From NCBI GenBank assembly GCA_964016885.1, contig OZ024745.1:31124001-31188000 (forward strand): 64,000 nucleotides of DNA, in the 5' to 3' direction. A model generated the notes under the pieces. That model worked only from the letters and a program-made list of their open reading frames with translations. It did not search any database and was not told where the DNA came from. Each line of letters begins with the position of its first letter. Within the stretch, counting starts at the first letter, position 1. Shown here one piece after another: positions 49,001 to 61,300 of this stretch. Position numbers and translations under genes: made by a program. The stretch comes from Eledone cirrhosa. Its lineage: Eukaryota.

Positions 49001-52000
49001 TTAAAGTTTGGCTGTTTTGATTTCTTTTCTTCTTTTTGGCAGGTTGGTTTGAATTTTCTTCCAAATTAAGTCTTTTAGTTCTTTTCTTGGGCATGCTAGA
49101 AGCATTTGCCAAGCAAGGATGCTTTTTCCTGCAAGGTGGCAATGGAGGCAAATCTGCTCTTCCAGTACTAGCCCGTAGTTTGTTGTACTCTTCCCATGCA
49201 GATTTGTCAACCATGATCAATGATCTTGGATCGAAGTCACAGAGATACACATTGAAAAGTTTTCTGGCTCTTGAAAGAGCCACATAAGCTTGACCATCAG
49301 AAAATATCTGATTTCCTAAATCAGCAATTATTCCATCCATAGAAATTCCTTGTGATTTGTGAATTGTTATAGAGTAAGAAAGAGACAATGGAAATTGTGT
49401 TCTGGTGATAAAAACACCAGGAGAAATTTCATAGTCTGCTTGAACTCTTCCAATGGAAATGGGTTTGTCCTTTTTGGTATCAAAAGACACCAAAATTTTG
49501 TCAACATTGCTTCCATTCCCAATTAATTCAATAACTGTTCCTTGATCTACATCAATGTTTCGTTTCAACATCACTCTTGCTCCAATTCCAACATTTAGCA
49601 AAGTTTCTAGTCCAGCAGTATCAGAAGTTTTCTTGCTTTTGCCTTTTTCAACATTTTTCTTTTTTCTTCCATTTACTTGTCTCATACCAGAATCTTTTGC
49701 AGCAAGTTTCACTGCATTTATGTTGCATTTTTTAATCATTTCATTATTCAACTCAACAACAGCTTCATTCAAAGGTAAAATGCATACACATTTTAATTCA
49801 GGAATAGAATACAATTCAATCAATGTTTTAGCAATTTCTTCAACAGATGCTTTTCTATCAGGAAATAGGCATCTTTTTTGAAGAATGCTAATATCAGAGT
49901 CTGATGGGGAACCAATCCTAATTCTTCCCAAAATATCAACATAGTTGTCTTTGTCTTCTTTTTGTCTCATATTAATGGTTAGCTCATCATATTGAAAGTA
50001 TTTCCTCAATGAATGCCCACTAATGCCAATTTCTGTTCTTTTGGCATCATATGATGAACTTCTAGAAAATACTGGTTTTTCATTTACAGGTGGCAATTGC
50101 ATCAAATCACCAAACAAAAGAAGATTCATTTTTCCAAAAGGATATGCCATTTTTTGGGGATCTCCAAAAATTTCATCAAGCCTTTTGTCACACAACTCGA
50201 TTTCTATGGCACCAATCTTTTCAATATTGACAAATTTCGATTCAGCTTATCGAGTTTATATTCAAAATTTAAAAAAGTTATGATGAGCCAAAGTCAATGA
50301 GGGGCCTTATCCTCCACTACTTGACCACACATATTTTAGCGTAACCTTTTTTCTACTGACCCAAATTTCAATTTTCTTATACCAAAATGTAGCCTGGGAT
50401 GAGTCCATTCTAGTGCAAAAAACCTGATCAAATTTGGTTGAGAATGAATTAGTGACAAGTCTTAGAAGTGGCTGTCGTTGGGAAAAAGTTGACCTTAAGA
50501 ATATCATTCACACGCTACTGTGTGTGAATGATAGGTTTAGATGTAATTTTGCACATATAAACTTGCACATCTGATGAGATGTCAAGGCAGATTCAGCTGG
50601 TCATTATGATTGTACCCTGAGCTGATCAATATTGAAACAATTGTAATAAGACAAGTTTATATATATATGGTGCAACATTGACTTTACTTCAGCTTACTTT
50701 TATTTATATTCTGCACACCACAGCAGCCTTAACCCTGGAATACAACCCAACACAAAGTGGACGTGTAGGTGCCACGGAAAAAAGCACCCAGCACTCACTG
50801 TAAATGAGGTTGGTGTTAGGAAGGGCATCCAGCTGTAGAAATCAAGCCAGAATCAGTTCCTATATGAGCAAGACAAGGTCAGCCAACCGGACACTGCCCA
50901 CAACAGGACAACCCGACTAACCCATGCTAGTGTGGAAGAACGGACGTAAAACGGTGATGATGATGATGATATATGTGTGTGTGTACGCGTGCACGTGTGT
51001 GTGTATTCAATGGGCTTCCACACAGTTTTCATATACCAAATTCTACTCACAAGGCATTAGTCAATCAAAAACTATGGTAGAAGAGCCTTGCTCGAAGTGT
51101 AGCTCAGTGGAATCATATGGTGTACAACATGACTGAAGCAAACGCCATAGCCACAATGAAATGCCTACTCCCATACTTAGATATTTTGATATAAAATATT
51201 AAGACTAAAATATTAATTGTTTCTACAATAGGCACAAGGCCAGCAATTATCCCAGTGTATTACTGGTACTTTATTTTATCGACCCCCGTTAGGATGAAAG
51301 GCAAAGTTAACCTCGACGGGATTTGAACTCAGAATGGCAAGGGCCGTAACTCTATGCATCAAAGCATGGTGTCCGACCCTCTACCAATACTGCCAGTTCA
51401 CCGCCCTTTAAGATTAAAATATTAATGTAAGCTGAAAAGTTTCCTGAAGATGTTTGAAAAAAAAACTGATTTGATATCATTTAGGATGGAAAATAAACAG
51501 AAAACAATCATCAACAAATAATTGTGAATTTGTGGTAAAAATAGAAGTAAAGGATAGAAATATCATTTAGTTAATAGACTATGCTTAAACAGACATGATA
51601 ATGCATGATCAATTTTGACATTTCCCAACCACTTTAAATGAATGGTGTATATAGTTTGTGTAAGAAATCATTAATAACAATGACAGAGGAGCTTAAAACA
51701 CTGAACAGGCAGCTAGTTTTAAAAGCAGCTATGGTTAATTGCTAAGCAGAACAATGCAATACAGTCTTATCTCTGTCATAAGAAGTAAAAATAATACATC
51801 ATGAAAATAAAATAAGATTTATGCCATAGAGAGTATTTGGTAGTAAACTGGCAAAAAAAATCAGAAAGTGCATTAAAAGGACCTAATGAATACAAGATTA
51901 TTTATGAGAAAGGTGGTGGGTGAAAATGGCTAAGATGGTTGTGGGTGAACAGGTCTGCTTTGAATATGTGCCTACAGGTTGTGGATAAATGGAACTTGTC

Positions 52001-52302
52001 TTGGATAGTTGAAGTAGTGCAGAATTTTGTGTAGGGTTTTCTTGATTGGCCCCACAATATAACAGATGATGATGATAATGATTATGATATATATACACAC
52101 ACACACACACATATATGTAGAGAGAGATATTTACCCACTCTGCATCTCCTCATGCATCGAATACTTCAGACTCTCGCCCCCCCCCTCTATATGTATATAT
52201 ATCATCACCGTTTTTAAGCATGGAAAAATGGATGAAAAAATTATGATGATATATATATCATCATCATCATCACTTAACGTCTATCTTCCACGCTAGCATG
52301 GG

Positions 52303-52358
<56 letters not shown>

Positions 52359-55300
52359 CAAATCGTATATGGGAACTGAAAGATAAAAAGACGCCATACA
52401 AAATTAAATGAGACATCCTGAATAAGTTATGTCCTTACATTAAAAGAACAAAGAGGTGTTCGCTTTGCCTAAGTGAAAAATTAAGGATATTACAGAGGCT
52501 CAAATCCTTTGATTAATACTTAAACACTAAATATGAATTATTTAGAGGATGCCTACATATAAGATAAAAAATATCCTCTCAGTATGGAAGAATACTAACC
52601 CAGACACACAAAACACCACAATCTTACACCGACCATAGTCCACTAAATTGGTCACAGGTCTACACATACATCACACTGCACCGAAACACAGTTAAATACA
52701 ATAAGCTATATAAATAATATACACATAAATAACACATATACCTTTAACAAAGCACATATCACACTCCACCTATATTAATAATATACACATAAATACACAC
52801 ACACAAACATATACATATTTAACAATATCCTACACCTTAAAAGAAACATGCATTCACTACAATAATCCATATAATTATACATAGGAAAACACAACATACA
52901 CACAATACAGACACTTTAACAATTACAACCATATTCAAATATATAAACTGACAAACAGGAGTTACTCCCCTGAATAACAAAAACACCAAATTTATTGTTA
53001 CATTATTATTACCTCCCTTGCATTTGACGAGATCTCGTGTATGAAATAACGTCGGCCATCTTGTATTGCCTGAAAGATAATTAACACTAGCAGATATACC
53101 GTCTCTATGATCTATGCAAGAGTAAGCATTGAAACCTTAGGTAGCATGCATCTGTGTTGAGATTTTATTTATAATAATTGTTTCTACTTTGGGAACTAGG
53201 CCAGCAATTACCCCAGTGCCTTACTGGTGCTTTATTTTATTGACCCCGCAAGGATGAAAGGTAAAGCTAACCCCCTACGGGATTGAACTAAGAACGTAAA
53301 GGGCCATAACTCTTTGCTGCGAAGCAAGGTGTCTGATGCTCTACCGATATTGCCAATCCACCATAACAATACACTCTAGCTCTGTACTTAACATAGAGAG
53401 CTCTTTTTCCTTTATCTAGTCTACAGAAACTATTGATATTACACCTCCCCCACACACACGTATATATATCAATGAAATGTACATTATTCATACTTCAGCT
53501 TCACCAATTGCCAGACATTTAATGAATAATTTGCTTAACTTAGAAACTTTAAAAAAAGCAGGTTAAAGAAGATGAGAAATATAAACAAAAGCACCCCCTC
53601 CCCATCCATAAAAAAAAAACAATAACAAAAAATATATATATTTTCTAAAATGTCATAAAAGCAATATTTTTTTTTTTTTTACAGCGTTGGAAATTTGTCT
53701 GTTTCTTATTTGAAAGTGTCTTTTCTCATTACTCTGCTTGTCTTGTCTTGGTAATTAAGGAAATATTTCAAATGAAGGCAACAGGTATGTTTAAGTTACA
53801 GTGTAAGCATTTAAGAAGTATGTGACAGTTATAGCGTCTGCTATAGTGGTTAAGAAACACTAGTGGATTAAGGGAAGATGTATCAAGATGATGAGGATAT
53901 ATAAAACAAACAAAAAACTTATTACCCTCTCTCTGTATATGTGCATGTATGTATACACATATAAGGGAAGTCTCTCTCTGTATATGTGCATGTATGTATA
54001 CACATATAAGGGAAGTATGTTTAGAAAACGACGTGTGGTGTTTGAAAATTACAAATAGAAGGCTTCCCTGTAATGTTTTGACTAAATAAAATAATCTAAT
54101 AATAATTGTTTCTACTTTTGGCACAAGGCCAGCAATTACCCAGTGTATTACTGGTACTTTATTTTATCGACCCTGTAAGGATGAAAGGCAAAGTTAACCT
54201 TGGAGGGATTTGAACTCAGAATGGCAAGGGCCGTAACTCTATGCGTCAAAGCATGGCGTTCGATCCTCTACCGATTCTACCAATCCACCGCCCTTCTAAT
54301 CTAGTAATAATGGGGCATATAAACCCACTGAAAAGAAAAAAATGGGCATCAGTGTACATGGAAGTCAAACCCACACCTCTTGTTTGACGAGTAGTGTGGG
54401 TTCGACTCCCATGTGTGCCAAGGCCCATCTAAGTGTTGATGTTTTTATTATTATTATTATATATATATAAACAACAATATATGGAGGAAAAGGCAATACA
54501 TTTAAAAACAAGATTTATTTCTTACACAGTGTTTCATCTAAAGTACAATTACAATATAACAGGTTGATACATATGTGTTTGCATATATATTACAATGCTC
54601 ATGTACTTAAGAATCTTCAGAGAAGAAACATTTTTGTCTTTAAGGATGTTGATGGAGGGAAAGTCCAATCTGTATGACAGTGAAGCAAAGCTACCCATTA
54701 ATGGTATAATTATTCCTTCAGAGGAATGCTTAGAGGAATATATATATACATTGTCATTACCTGCTATGATGTCTTCTTTTCAAGTCCAATACCAGAGAGG
54801 TAAGACATTGTATATTTAACTGCAAGAATTATGCTTGAATAATATGTTCCAAACAAATAAAATCTGTCAGTTTTGAAGTATACAAAGCATGTAAACAAAC
54901 ATATGGAGCAGATCAACTCCTCTGAAAATATGACTTAATATTTTAAGACAGATGATATTTAGTGATATAATTATATACATACCTTATTGCATACCAGAAA
55001 ACTTCCACCAACTGCAAGCCCATGAGTGAAATTATCTACAATGTTGGCAAGAAGATTTAAATAACCACTAATCTGAAAAATACAAAAACAAAAATAGAAA
55101 TATTATGTTAGTGAAAAGCATATATATAATCTATATTGTAACAAGAGCCATCTTTGTCTGACTATCACAAGAATGCTGACAATGTAACTAAATTGTTCTA
55201 TTTTGCTGTTTTCATTTATGTCAGAGTTCAATGTTATATATACCAAAAGTATTATTTGTCTATTTTTCTAGCTTTTTTGTATCTCCCCTCTATGCACCCC

Positions 55301-58300
55301 CTCTCTCTCTATATATATTTGCTATCCTCACCATCATTACACCCTATGTTAATGTCCTCAGTGGCTACTCTCTCCATCCCTGTGCATCCCCAACTCCACT
55401 AGTACACCATAGCTATTCTCACCATCACTATATCCCACTTTTAAAAATCCTGACACACCTGTTACTCCTCCTATCCCTACTACTCATCACCTGTCAAATC
55501 TGCCACACCTGTAAAACATTATACTTTTCTTCCCTCTCTTTCTTGTTCCCCCTCATCTCACCAAGTGGAGAGGGCTCTCCATTTGGGTCAATAACCAACA
55601 ACCTCTCTAGTGCTGGTGCCACAAAAATGCAACCAGTACACTCTAAGGTGGTTGGCGATAAGAAGAGCACCCCATTTGAGAAACTATGCCAAAAGGGGTT
55701 GGGAAGACCCTTCAGTTATGTTAACAGTGTGACAACCTCTCTAGTATCAGTGATCTACACAATAAACACATCCAATACACAATGTAATGTTGTTGGTAAT
55801 AGGAAGGGAATCCAGCTGTAGAAAGCTTACCAAATGAAGGGTAGGGAGGACCCTTCAGTTGTGTAAAAAACATGACAATCTCTCTACTGCTGATGTCAGG
55901 ATAAAATGCACTTCATAGAGCGTGGGATCGCATGTAAGTGAGATATGGACCCCTGGCCCATCTCAGGGGTCAGTAGCTTCACTTCAGTATTGACTTGGTC
56001 TGTATAAACCCATCCAATCCTTGCTACCAGGAAAACAGACGGGAAATAATGATGATAATGACACACACTCAAATATATGTATGTGTGTCATTAATTAATT
56101 ATTTATATATATATATATCATCATCATTGTTTAACGTCTATCTTCCACGCTAGCATGGGTTAGACGGGAATTGTCCCATTTGAGGCAAGATTGGTCAGGT
56201 AACTGTGTCACGCTCGTATAGGACTATCTGGCAGGTTTTCTGCAGCTGGATGCCCTTCCTAACACCAACCACATTTACAGTGGACTGGGAGCTTTTTACC
56301 GTGTTACCTACACGACCACATTAGAGCGTGGACTGTGTGTTTTTTTTGTTTATATATATATAATAATAATAATAATGAAATTATTGTGTAAAGTGCTCAG
56401 GTGCACTACAACTCGTCAAAGGTGTAGGTATAGTACATAGAATAATATACAAACGACAGGGAAGTGAATAGTGTATGAGTCATGATATACATGAATCTCG
56501 GGTAGCATGGAGGTTTTAAAGGATGCAGTGTCTCAACAGCTAACAACTGATGCAGGTAGTTTGTTCCATGCTTCAGCAACTCTGAGTGTGAAAAAATATT
56601 TCCGAAAGTCATGGGAACTGTGCTGTTTTCTGACTTTGTGGGCATGTCCACGTGTGTTAGACACATGGAAATCAAAAAGGTACTCAGGGTTGTTGTTGGC
56701 AAGATGGTTAACAATTTTGTGGGTGTTTACCAAGTCAGTTGCCAGGCGTCGGAGCTTCAATGTATCCATGCCCAGGGAAGCAAGGCGTTCAGAGTATGGA
56801 GGGTATTCGCTTCATTGCACGTCTCTGAACAGTTTCCAGTCAGTCAATGTTCTGAGCAAGATAGGGTTTCTAGACTGGTGATGCAAATTCTAAGTGTGGC
56901 CGCACTATAGCCATGTACAGCCTTAAATAGATATCTGGAGAGCGGCTGACAAAGGTCTTGCTGAGTGATGCTAAGACACCCTCAGCCCTCTTGACAATTT
57001 TAGAGACGTGCTTCGTCCAATGCAAATCGCTGTTGTCCGGTCACGTTCACAAGAAGACTTCTTGATATTAGTGCTGTGGAGGGAGTATGTGGACGCTGGG
57101 TTTTTACTCCCAAAATGCATGGTGGTGCACTTGTCCACAGCTAGCTTGAGTTGCCAGTCTGAGATCCATTGTTGCATTGTGTCCAGGTCAGACTGCAAGC
57201 AAGATCTATAGTGTTCAGGATCTGTCCTTTTTATCTCAAGGTACAGCTTGATGTCATCTGCGTACTTTAGTACTGTGACATTCTTTAAATTGGCATCTAT
57301 ATCATTAATATATGCCACAAACAAAAGGGGGCCAAGAACAGATCCCTGTGGTACACCAGATGACATCTCATATGGTGAGGAATGCTGTCCTAGAACTGTG
57401 ACTACCTCTCTTCGACTGAGAATGAAGGACTTCAACCAGTTAAAAAGATCATCCTTCACACCCATTGCAGAGAGATTTGCCATAAGCCTTTTGTGTGGCA
57501 CAGAATTGAAAGCTTTCGCAAAGTCAAGGTAAACAACATCCACCCATGAGCCGCCATCAGTGATCCAGGTGATGTCTTCAAGAAACTCGATAAGTTGATC
57601 ACAGCAGCTGGAGTTGGGGATAAATCCAAATTGCGAGGGCCGGATAAGACTGTGAAAGTTCCAGAAGTTCCAAAGTATTTCTCTGACACAGGATTCCATC
57701 AGTTTGGCAATGCAACTAGTAAGACTGACTGGACGATAGTTCACAGGTGATGTGCGGTCACCCTTTTTGAACAGAGGAATGACACTGGCAGTTTTCCACT
57801 GTTCTGGAGTAGCACCGTTGTTCAGACAGAATTGGAAGAAGTGTGATAGCTGGTGCAGAAGGAAGTACCCACCACGTTTAAGAAGCAGGTACATAACACC
57901 ATCAAGACCAGGAGAGGCATAGTTGCATTTATTTTTTAGGTGACGTCGCAGCATTGCAGGTGTAAATTCCATGGTTGTAATAGAGTCCGGTGTCATAGGT
58001 GGTGGAGATGGTACACTCTGGTCTTCAATAGTGAAAATGCCTGCATAGCAATCAGCAATTAGCTCTGCGCATTCCTTGGGGTCGTCAGTAACCTGGCTTG
58101 TGTGGGGATTGCGAAGAGGACCAACTGGAGAGTGAGGCCTCTGCTTTGAGTGAACATACTTCCAGAACACCTTACTGTCAGGGCTGGTTGTTATACGCTG
58201 CTCAAATTGAAGCACTGCCTTTTTTGTCACCTGTTTGAGGTGGTTGGACAATTTATTTCGCCTCTTCCTATTGATGTCTGATTTGTGCAGTTTGTACTCA

Positions 58301-61300
58301 CGTTCAGCATTGCGACGTTCTTTTCTGGCAAGAGATGGACTGCTGCAGTCTCCCAAATTGCACTTTTGGGATGTTTTTTTCTGCTTACGTGGCACCGATG
58401 CTGCACATGCTGTCCATATTGAGCTCAGGATGTTCTGGAGTACAGTGTTGACATCTCCAGAGTCGTAGAACTCAAGCCAGTTTGGCCGTTGTAACTCGGT
58501 GCAGTAACAGTTCGAGTCTGCTTTATTCCAGTCAAAGTGAGCAGTTTGGAGATGATTGTGGTTCTTGTTACTGCCCATGAGGGATAGATTGGCAATGATC
58601 ATAGCATGATCAGAGTCACCTAAAGGTTCCTCAGTAGTAACACTAATGACCGTTTCAGGAGTAGTGGTGAAGAGTAGGTCCAAAGTGTTGTCACCTCTTG
58701 CTGGGGAGGTGACTACTTGGGACCAATTCGAGTCCCGCACTAGCTCAAGGAAGTCATTTGCACTTGGCAGCCATTGAAAGGTTTCCCAGTCAATCTCAGG
58801 GTGATTGAAGTCTCCTGCAATAAAAACATAAGTGGCTATTTTCCTGGCAGCAGCTCTGAGGATATCACAAAGTTGAATGTCCTGATGGTAATTTGGGGGA
58901 CGGTAAATGACTCCAAGTAGCAGTGTTGACATGGTCATACGTATATCGCAGAAAAAAACTTCCTGCTGTGATTGGTTCAAATCAACACAAGGAATTGCCG
59001 ACAAATTTGACCGAACGTAGACCATTACACCACCACCACCACGATTAATGCGGTCTTTACGAAACAGGTTGTAGCCAGTTATGCTGAATACCCCATCACT
59101 GAGTAAGGGATGTGCCCAAGTTTCCGTGACTGTAATGAAGTCAGGGTTGATACTTTTGACGTAGGAGTCAAAAAGATGAATCTTATTGCATAGACTACGT
59201 GCATTCAAGGACAACAATTTGTACCTTGATTCCAGTATATGATTATGTGCAGGGGATGGCAGGTTGTTCTGATTTAGTTTCCCAGAGTTTTTTCAGTTTT
59301 TTTATTGTCAGTTGCTGTGGGTACAGTGTTTTCAGACCAGCTGGTATTTCTTTTCCATGTTTCACCAGCCTTAACAAACTTCCATATCTGCCCATCATCA
59401 CGTAGGCTGAAGCTTTCATGTTCTGCAGAGCTGCGGTTTAAGGAAGCTGCAGCATCCAACTTTGGGCGGACATCAGGTGGAAGACCAAGGCATGTTCGGA
59501 AAGCAATCCGACTTTCACGCCTAGCTTTATCAGAGGCTACAAGGTATGAACGTGCCTCAGTTGAGTTTGAGAAAGACAGTCTAATTAGCCTGGGTTTCGG
59601 ACCTGGTCGGCCAAGGCATAGAGCACCCTTTGCGGGAGCACAGCCCAAGTCTTTGGATGAACTGGCAGCAAATGCCTGAAGATCAGCTATGTCTTCTGGT
59701 ACACCAATGGCAATTACTTCGTGGTTTGCAGTGGCATTCAGTGGCATTCTCAATGCGTCTAGGTTCAACATGAGATGCGCGGAGATTTTTTAACAAGGCA
59801 CTCCGGTAAGATCCCTCTTTATATGTGAAGTCAAAGTGGTCGTGGAGGTGCCACGGCAAAAAAGCACCCAGCCTACACTGTAAGGTGGACGTGGAGGTGC
59901 CACAGCAAAAAAGCTCCCAGCACTCACTGTAAATGAGGTTGGTGTTAGGAAGGGCATCCAGCTGTAGAAATCAAGCCAGAATCAGTTCCTGTATGAGACA
60001 AGATCAGTCGACCGAACCCGCAACAGGACAACCCGTCTAACCCATGCTAGCGTGGAAGAACGGACGTAAAATGGTGATGATGTGATGATATATACAGAAA
60101 CTGTCAACAACAGACTCAACAAGCTAATTACCGTTAAACTAACTACAAGCAGTAAACCAAACGTCTGACAATTCATCCAACCTTTATTAGCAGAGAAGAT
60201 AGATGTTGAATGATAATAATAATTGTTTCTACTTTTGGCAGAAAGCCAGCAATTATCCCAGTGCATTACTGGTACTTTATTTTATCGACCCCGTATGGAT
60301 GAAAGGCAAAGTTAGCCTCAGAGGGATTTGAACTCAGATCATAAAGGGGCGTAACTCTATGCTGCAAAGCATGGCATCCGACTTTCTACCGATACTGCCA
60401 ATCCACTGCCCTGATAATAATAATTGTTTCTACTTTTGGCACCAGGCCAGCAATTATCCCAGTGCATTACTGGTACTTTATTTTATCGACCCCGTAAGGA
60501 TGAAAAGCAAAGTTAGCCTCAGAGGGATTTGAACTCAGATCATAAAGGGAGGTAACTCTATAATGATGATGATACATACATATACACATACATACACACA
60601 CATACATATATACATACATACACACAGATACATACGCATACACTCATACACACATTATATTGTATACTGGATGTATGAAAACAAATGAACGACATTGCAG
60701 TAGTGATATTTGTACTTTAAGAATCATCATCATCATCATCATTTCATTTTACGTCCACTTTTCCCTGCTTGCAAGGGTGGTATTAAACTATCTCTTGCTC
60801 ACCAACCTTTATAGATCTAGTTTTTTGTACAGGCTCCACATGATTTGTGCAGGCCACATCATGATTTTGTATATGATCTAATTCTTCTATGTGCCTGTCT
60901 GTAGACGAATTTCTGGTTTCTTTCTCTGAGTAATCATGCTTTCTTTCTTTGGTTTCTTCCAATTCCTGCAAAACAAATGTAATAACAATTAACAGACTTA
61001 CAAACAAGAGCATACCTAAAAGAGGAAAAATTAATTCACAGAAAATCAATACCAGATGAGGATCCATCAACATTGGTGTGATCAACTGAAGCCTTTGTTC
61101 TCTTGTTTTGTTATCATTAACATAAGTTTGATGTGTTTGCAAGTTACTAACATCTATAAGGAACTGGATTTGGCATTATCTTTTAGTATTTTATTATTTC
61201 TTTCAAAATTTCATATGTATATATAATGAAGGAAGTGTGGTAAGGAACCAGATGGACCATAACGCACCAGAAATAGCTGTCAGGGTTAAACATTTTCCTA

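Noticed and set aside
48417-50195. Host PIF1 gene
   Set aside because: Intronless, nested in another gene's intron, lacks the N-terminal and Walker A regions, carries a nonsense codon and has transposon-like flanks.
55154-55821. 196-aa ORF and most other short ORFs in the track
   Set aside because: Low-complexity, SINE-derived or antisense-to-LINE frames with no recognisable motifs or splice context.
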